Made by a program: the position numbers and the translations under genes. Shown here in pieces: positions 60,553 through 64,000 of a stretch of 64,000 nucleotides of DNA; position 1 is the stretch's first letter, and the number at the start of each line of letters is the position of its first letter. The notes beneath the pieces were generated by a model. The model was not told where the DNA came from. It searched no databases and saw only the letters and a list, made by a program, of their open reading frames with translations. Source of the stretch: Betaproteobacteria bacterium (GTDB lineage Bacteria; Pseudomonadota; Gammaproteobacteria; Burkholderiales; SG8-39); NCBI GenBank assembly GCA_947479645.1, contig CANKAJ010000004.1:7201-71200 (forward strand), read 5' to 3'.

Positions 60553-61563
60553 TTGGCTAAAGCACCGGAGGCGAACATGTGGTATCTGAAAGGCCTGTCC
60601 GTCATCGTCTTCTTGCTGTCCTCAGGCGCAGCCGTGGGCCAGGGGTCTGCAGATGGCTACCCATCAAGGCCGGTCACGCTGATACTCCCATTTTCGGCCG
60701 GCGGCCCCACCGAACTCATCGTTCGCCTGTATGCAACGAGGATGAGTGAACTCACAGGCCAGCCATTCCTTATCGACTACAAGCCCGGCGCCGGCGGCAC
60801 CCTGGGAGCCGCCTTCGTTGCAAAGGCAAAGCCCGACGGCTATACGCTGCTTGGCAGCGGCGCGAGTTTTACCGCAGGCCCGGCGCTGTACAAGGATCTG
60901 CCATTCGACACGGTCAAGGACTTCGCACCGATATTCTTGATGAGCCAGTCGCCTTTCGTGCTTGTGTCGAGCGCGGGATTTCCGGCGAAGACCTTTGCAG
61001 AATATCTGGCCTTCGCAAAAACCAACCCCGGGAAAATCAATCTTGGCACTTCCGGTGCCAGCAGCACCCAGCATCTGCTGGGCGCATGGTTGCACAGCGC
61101 AACCAACACCAAAGTGACCTTTGTTCACTACAAAGGCGCAGGGCCACAGGTGATCGAACTATTGGCCGGACGTCTGGATGTGGGGTTGTTTCCGGCATTG
61201 CTGATTGCGCAGCACGTCAAGACGGGTAAATTGCGCGCGCTGGCCATGACCGATGTCAATCACTCCAAGTTGCTGCCCGACATTCCCTCGATTGCGGATC
61301 AGGGGATTCCAGAGTTCCATTACACACTTTGGACGGGAGCCCTTGGTCCGGCGGCAACTCCGGCGGCAATTGTGATCAAACTTGGAGATGCATTCCTGCG
61401 CGCATCCAGATCGGCGGATATTGCCGCGACACTGGAAGCGCAAGATGCAGTTCCTTCCGGCGGCGGTAATTCCGCCGCGCAACTGGCGAAGATCGTTGTC
61501 ACTGAAACCGCACTTTGGCGCAGGTTGGTCCGGGAGAACGACATCAAGGCGGAAAGCGACTGA
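60553..61563 (+). CDS. Bug-family (TctC-like) tripartite tricarboxylate transporter substrate-binding protein
   Basis: Signal peptide, YPSRPVTLILPFSAGGPTE, KPGAGGTLG. No tctA/tctB nearby. Alternative ATG start at 60577. Confidence 0.8.
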   Translation: MAKAPEANMWYLKGLSVIVFLLSSGAAVGQGSADGYPSRPVTLILPFSAGGPTELIVRLYATRMSELTGQPFLIDYKPGAGGTLGAAFVAKAKPDGYTLLGSGASFTAGPALYKDLPFDTVKDFAPIFLMSQSPFVLVSSAGFPAKTFAEYLAFAKTNPGKINLGTSGASSTQHLLGAWLHSATNTKVTFVHYKGAGPQVIELLAGRLDVGLFPALLIAQHVKTGKLRALAMTDVNHSKLLPDIPSIADQGIPEFHYTLWTGALGPAATPAAIVIKLGDAFLRASRSADIAATLEAQDAVPSGGGNSAAQLAKIVVTETALWRRLVRENDIKAESD

Positions 61564-61566
61564 AAC

Positions 61567-62280
61567 TCAGACGGCTTTGTCTGCCAGTCCCGCATTGCGC
61601 GCATCCACCAGAAACTCCGCTGCCTTGAGTGCAACCCCCCCGGTGTCCATGATCGGAACGCCGTAGAACTCCCTCACACCGGCTGCGATGAACAAGTCGT
61701 TCAGGACATTGAAACTGGGGATGAGCACTTTGGCCCCGTCGCGAACTGCGCGTAATGATGCCGCCTGTAGCGAGTTGATTACCGGCGATGGGTCTTTGAA
61801 CGCCGTGGCGATTTCGGTGTCCCGGAAATTGGCGTAGTCGCCCGCAGCGAACATGTCCTTGTAACCATGCACGCGGATCTGTTCCAGGCGCCGAAAGTAC
61901 ACGTCTTGACTGTGCCCGATCAGGCCAAAACGCTGGTACTGCCAGACCGCAAAATTCCAGGCCACGGCTTCGGCGTAGACCACGGCTATTTTCAATGCAT
62001 CGCGCAATTCTTCATGGCCGGCGGTGCCCATGCCAGCCATGACAAACGCGTCATAGCCTTCTTCCTGTGCCCTGAGGCCGAGTTCGAGCACCTGGCGCAC
62101 ATTGACATGGCGGCGGAAGGCCGACCCTTCCAGATTGCTCTCCTGCTTCTCAACGCCCTCGACTCTGACCTCGGTGTCCGGGCGTTTGATCCGGTTGACA
62201 TGTTCTTCGATGGCGCGGGTGTAGTTGTCCCAGATCTTGTCTGAGCGCAATGCGATATTGCTCTGAAACCAGATACGCAT
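61567..62280 (-). CDS. Asp/Glu/hydantoin-racemase-fold family protein (tentative), lacks any cysteine
   Basis: Size and N-terminal MRIWFQSNI... beta-strand pattern, plus the C-terminal GVPIMDTGGVALKAAE block, resemble the family. The call is from memory of the family pattern only. Confidence 0.4.
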   Translation of the reverse strand: MRIWFQSNIALRSDKIWDNYTRAIEEHVNRIKRPDTEVRVEGVEKQESNLEGSAFRRHVNVRQVLELGLRAQEEGYDAFVMAGMGTAGHEELRDALKIAVVYAEAVAWNFAVWQYQRFGLIGHSQDVYFRRLEQIRVHGYKDMFAAGDYANFRDTEIATAFKDPSPVINSLQAASLRAVRDGAKVLIPSFNVLNDLFIAAGVREFYGVPIMDTGGVALKAAEFLVDARNAGLADKAV

Positions 62281-62437
62281 GATGGCCTTTGCTTATGTTG
62301 GAATGCAATCGGTGGGCAATGATGGATGGCTGAAACATAACATGAAATGCAGTCAGGCCCGCCTGATCGGGTGAGCCTCGATTGGCGGGAGCGAATAGAA
62401 TGTTCTCGAACGGTTGGCAGCGCGCTCCCAACCAGGC

Positions 62438-62471
62438 GACCGATTCAATACGTGACCGATTCAATTTCAAT
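62438..62471. repeat. Tandem direct repeat GACCGATTCAAT-acgt-GACCGATTCAAT-TTCAAT in a divergent intergenic region
   Basis: Two perfect 12-mers 16 bp apart plus a partial third copy. Lies between the divergent genes at 62280 (-) and 62588 (+). Confidence 0.7.
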
Positions 62472-62587
62472 GAGTCCGAAAATGCCGCGCTTGCCCCTCT
62501 CAAACGACATTGCCGTGAGCACCAGTCCCACGGGCAGTATCAATTGCCAATCGGCGGCGTGAGTCTGGCTGCAGACGCGACCGACCG

Positions 62588-63298
62588 ATGAAAGCACCGG
62601 CTGACGATCATCAAATAGCCGCGGCCCTGGCGCGGAACGATCGTTATGTGCGCGAATTTGTCGAGGGCTTCAATCTGTGTCCCTATGCGCGGCGCTGTCG
62701 CGAAACGGGCAAGCTGCACAGGCAGGTGCTTCTAGATCCGGGTGGTCCACCCGATTCGCCTGAGTTCGAATCGGTCGTTCACTCCCTGTCGATCGCGATA
62801 GAAAAACTGGAACAACTGCCGCCCGATGCGGTCGAGGTCGGACTCATTTTGCTCCCCGCGCTGCATCATGCACTCTCGCAAGGAATGGAGGGAGCGCGCG
62901 GGTTCGAGCAGATGGTGCGTACGGTACGCGAGCGCATGCAGGCACGCCACGCGCGCGGCGATACGCCGTTTTATTGCGTCGCTTTCCATCCCGGCTTCGC
63001 GGCAGACCTTGCCGACGAGCATCGCGCCGTGCGCTTTATTCGCAGATCTCCAGACCCGACCGTACAACTGGTGCGCGCCAGTGTGCTGCGTGCGGTTCGC
63101 GGGAACGATCCCGGCGGTGCGCACTATATTGATATCTCGAAGATGACGACTGCCGAATTGATGGCGGTCAGTTCACCGCTGTCGGTGTCAGATCGAATCG
63201 GCCGCGCCAATCGGCGCACTTTGTTGGATGCCGGGCCGGAGAGCTTGAGTGGTTTGCTAGCTGAGATCCATGGTTGGCACAGCGCACCGAAAGGATAA
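62588..63298 (+). CDS. DUF1415-like protein (tentative)
   Basis: The N-terminal FVEGFNLCPYA motif resembles the LCPFA motif I associate with DUF1415. 236 aa. Confidence 0.45.
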   Translation: MKAPADDHQIAAALARNDRYVREFVEGFNLCPYARRCRETGKLHRQVLLDPGGPPDSPEFESVVHSLSIAIEKLEQLPPDAVEVGLILLPALHHALSQGMEGARGFEQMVRTVRERMQARHARGDTPFYCVAFHPGFAADLADEHRAVRFIRRSPDPTVQLVRASVLRAVRGNDPGGAHYIDISKMTTAELMAVSSPLSVSDRIGRANRRTLLDAGPESLSGLLAEIHGWHSAPKG

Positions 63299-63341
63299 GG
63301 TTCGTGGATCGATGCTGCACTGACTGATACGGAAATGTGGC

Positions 63342-64000
63342 TCAGAGAATACGTTTGAGCCTGTCCTTGATCAGTGCATCCTTCAGCGCAGTGCGCTGCA
63401 CTTTGTTGGTCGCTGTCATGGGGAATTCAGTTGCGGAGAAAATTGCCCTTGGCATCTTGTATCCGGCGAGTCGTCCGCGCAGTCGCCCGAGGATCTCATT
63501 CCAGTCGTGGGCCTCGGCGCCGATGATCACGGCCGCAGGCACCTCTTCCAGTCTTGCATCGGGTATTCCCAGCACGCACACCTGCTGAATGCCGGTGAGG
63601 TCGCGTATGGCCTGCTCGACTTCGTCCGGCGCCAGATTTTCGCCGCCGACCCGGATGATCTCCTTCAGGCGGGCGAGGTAAATCAGTTCACCGTCTTCGC
63701 TGAGTTTCCCGAGATCGCCTGAGCGCAGCCAGCCATCGGATGTGAATGCCTGGGCATTGGCATCCGGTCGATTGAAGTAGCCGGGTGTGATGGTGGCGCC
63801 TTTCATCTGCACTTCGCCTGCGCTGCCGGCCGGGAGCACTGCTCCGGTGGCTGGATCGCCGAGGCGGATGTAGTTCCCGGCCTGCGGTCGGCCGTTGCCG
63901 GAAGTGCGCTTCTCCAATGCGTCATCGGCAAACCACATGGTGTACTGCCCGGCGGTTTCGGTCATGCCGTAGATGTTGGATATGCCCTTGATGCCCAGTT
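63342..64000 (-). CDS. AMP-dependent acyl-CoA synthetase/ligase, C-terminal part (5' end lies beyond the window)
   Basis: The frame stays open to base 64000 (..NIYGMTETAG..). GWLRSGDLG, RLKEIIRVGGENLAPDEVE and a C-terminal Lys region (NKVQR). Confidence 0.85.
   Translation of the reverse strand, partial: LGIKGISNIYGMTETAGQYTMWFADDALEKRTSGNGRPQAGNYIRLGDPATGAVLPAGSAGEVQMKGATITPGYFNRPDANAQAFTSDGWLRSGDLGKLSEDGELIYLARLKEIIRVGGENLAPDEVEQAIRDLTGIQQVCVLGIPDARLEEVPAAVIIGAEAHDWNEILGRLRGRLAGYKMPRAIFSATEFPMTATNKVQRTALKDALIKDRLKRIL

Overview
This window looks like core chromosome from a Betaproteobacteria-type genome. That inference rests on synteny: secG-tRNA-Leu-nuoA..N-NUDIX, dapA-bamC, rnfB-nth, aat-bpt and a Bug/TctC binding protein. 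It is densely coding on both strands. In order it holds: the 3' end of pstS plus pstCAB (no phoU); tpiA-secG-tRNA-Leu(GAG); the complete 14-gene NADH:quinone oxidoreductase operon nuoA-N (5.1-19.8 kb); a mixed housekeeping/accessory stretch (NUDIX, PQQ-type sugar dehydrogenase, EEP phosphoesterase, SDR, HtrA-family protease, membrane ankyrin protein, greB, double M16 peptidase, htpG, Prx5); an orphan GspE/PilB-type ATPase convergent with a MoxR-VWA pair; two monoheme cytochromes c; DUF1841-nth-rnfB; pyrD; bpt-aat; amt; a zinc-ribbon NUDIX; a free-standing mshL-mshM-mshN-like secretin module; cobB; an alpha/beta hydrolase; an FG-GAP protein; tRNA-Arg(CCT); dapA-bamC; an MBL hydrolase; a tiny Ala/Pro/Thr lipoprotein; a JmjC/cupin oxygenase with an unknown partner; bcp-slyD; a membrane-anchored GltB-like FMN enzyme; a Bug protein; a Cys-less racemase-fold protein; a DUF1415-like protein; and the 3' part of an acyl-CoA synthetase. 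I found no integrase, transposase, CRISPR array, rRNA, prophage or recognisable defence island. I see no compelling evidence for a wholly new multi-gene system. The best candidates for a second look are: (1) the orphan MshL/M/N module with its 584-bp structured upstream region; (2) the orphan GspE-like ATPase next to MoxR-VWA; (3) a two-copy REP-like palindrome family; (4) two sharply AT-rich palindromic control regions; (5) several small or uncharacterised genes. CDS coordinates come from the supplied ORF track, with starts re-picked from conserved N-termini, RBS and overlap logic. Coordinates of non-coding motifs were counted by eye and may be off by 1 nt.
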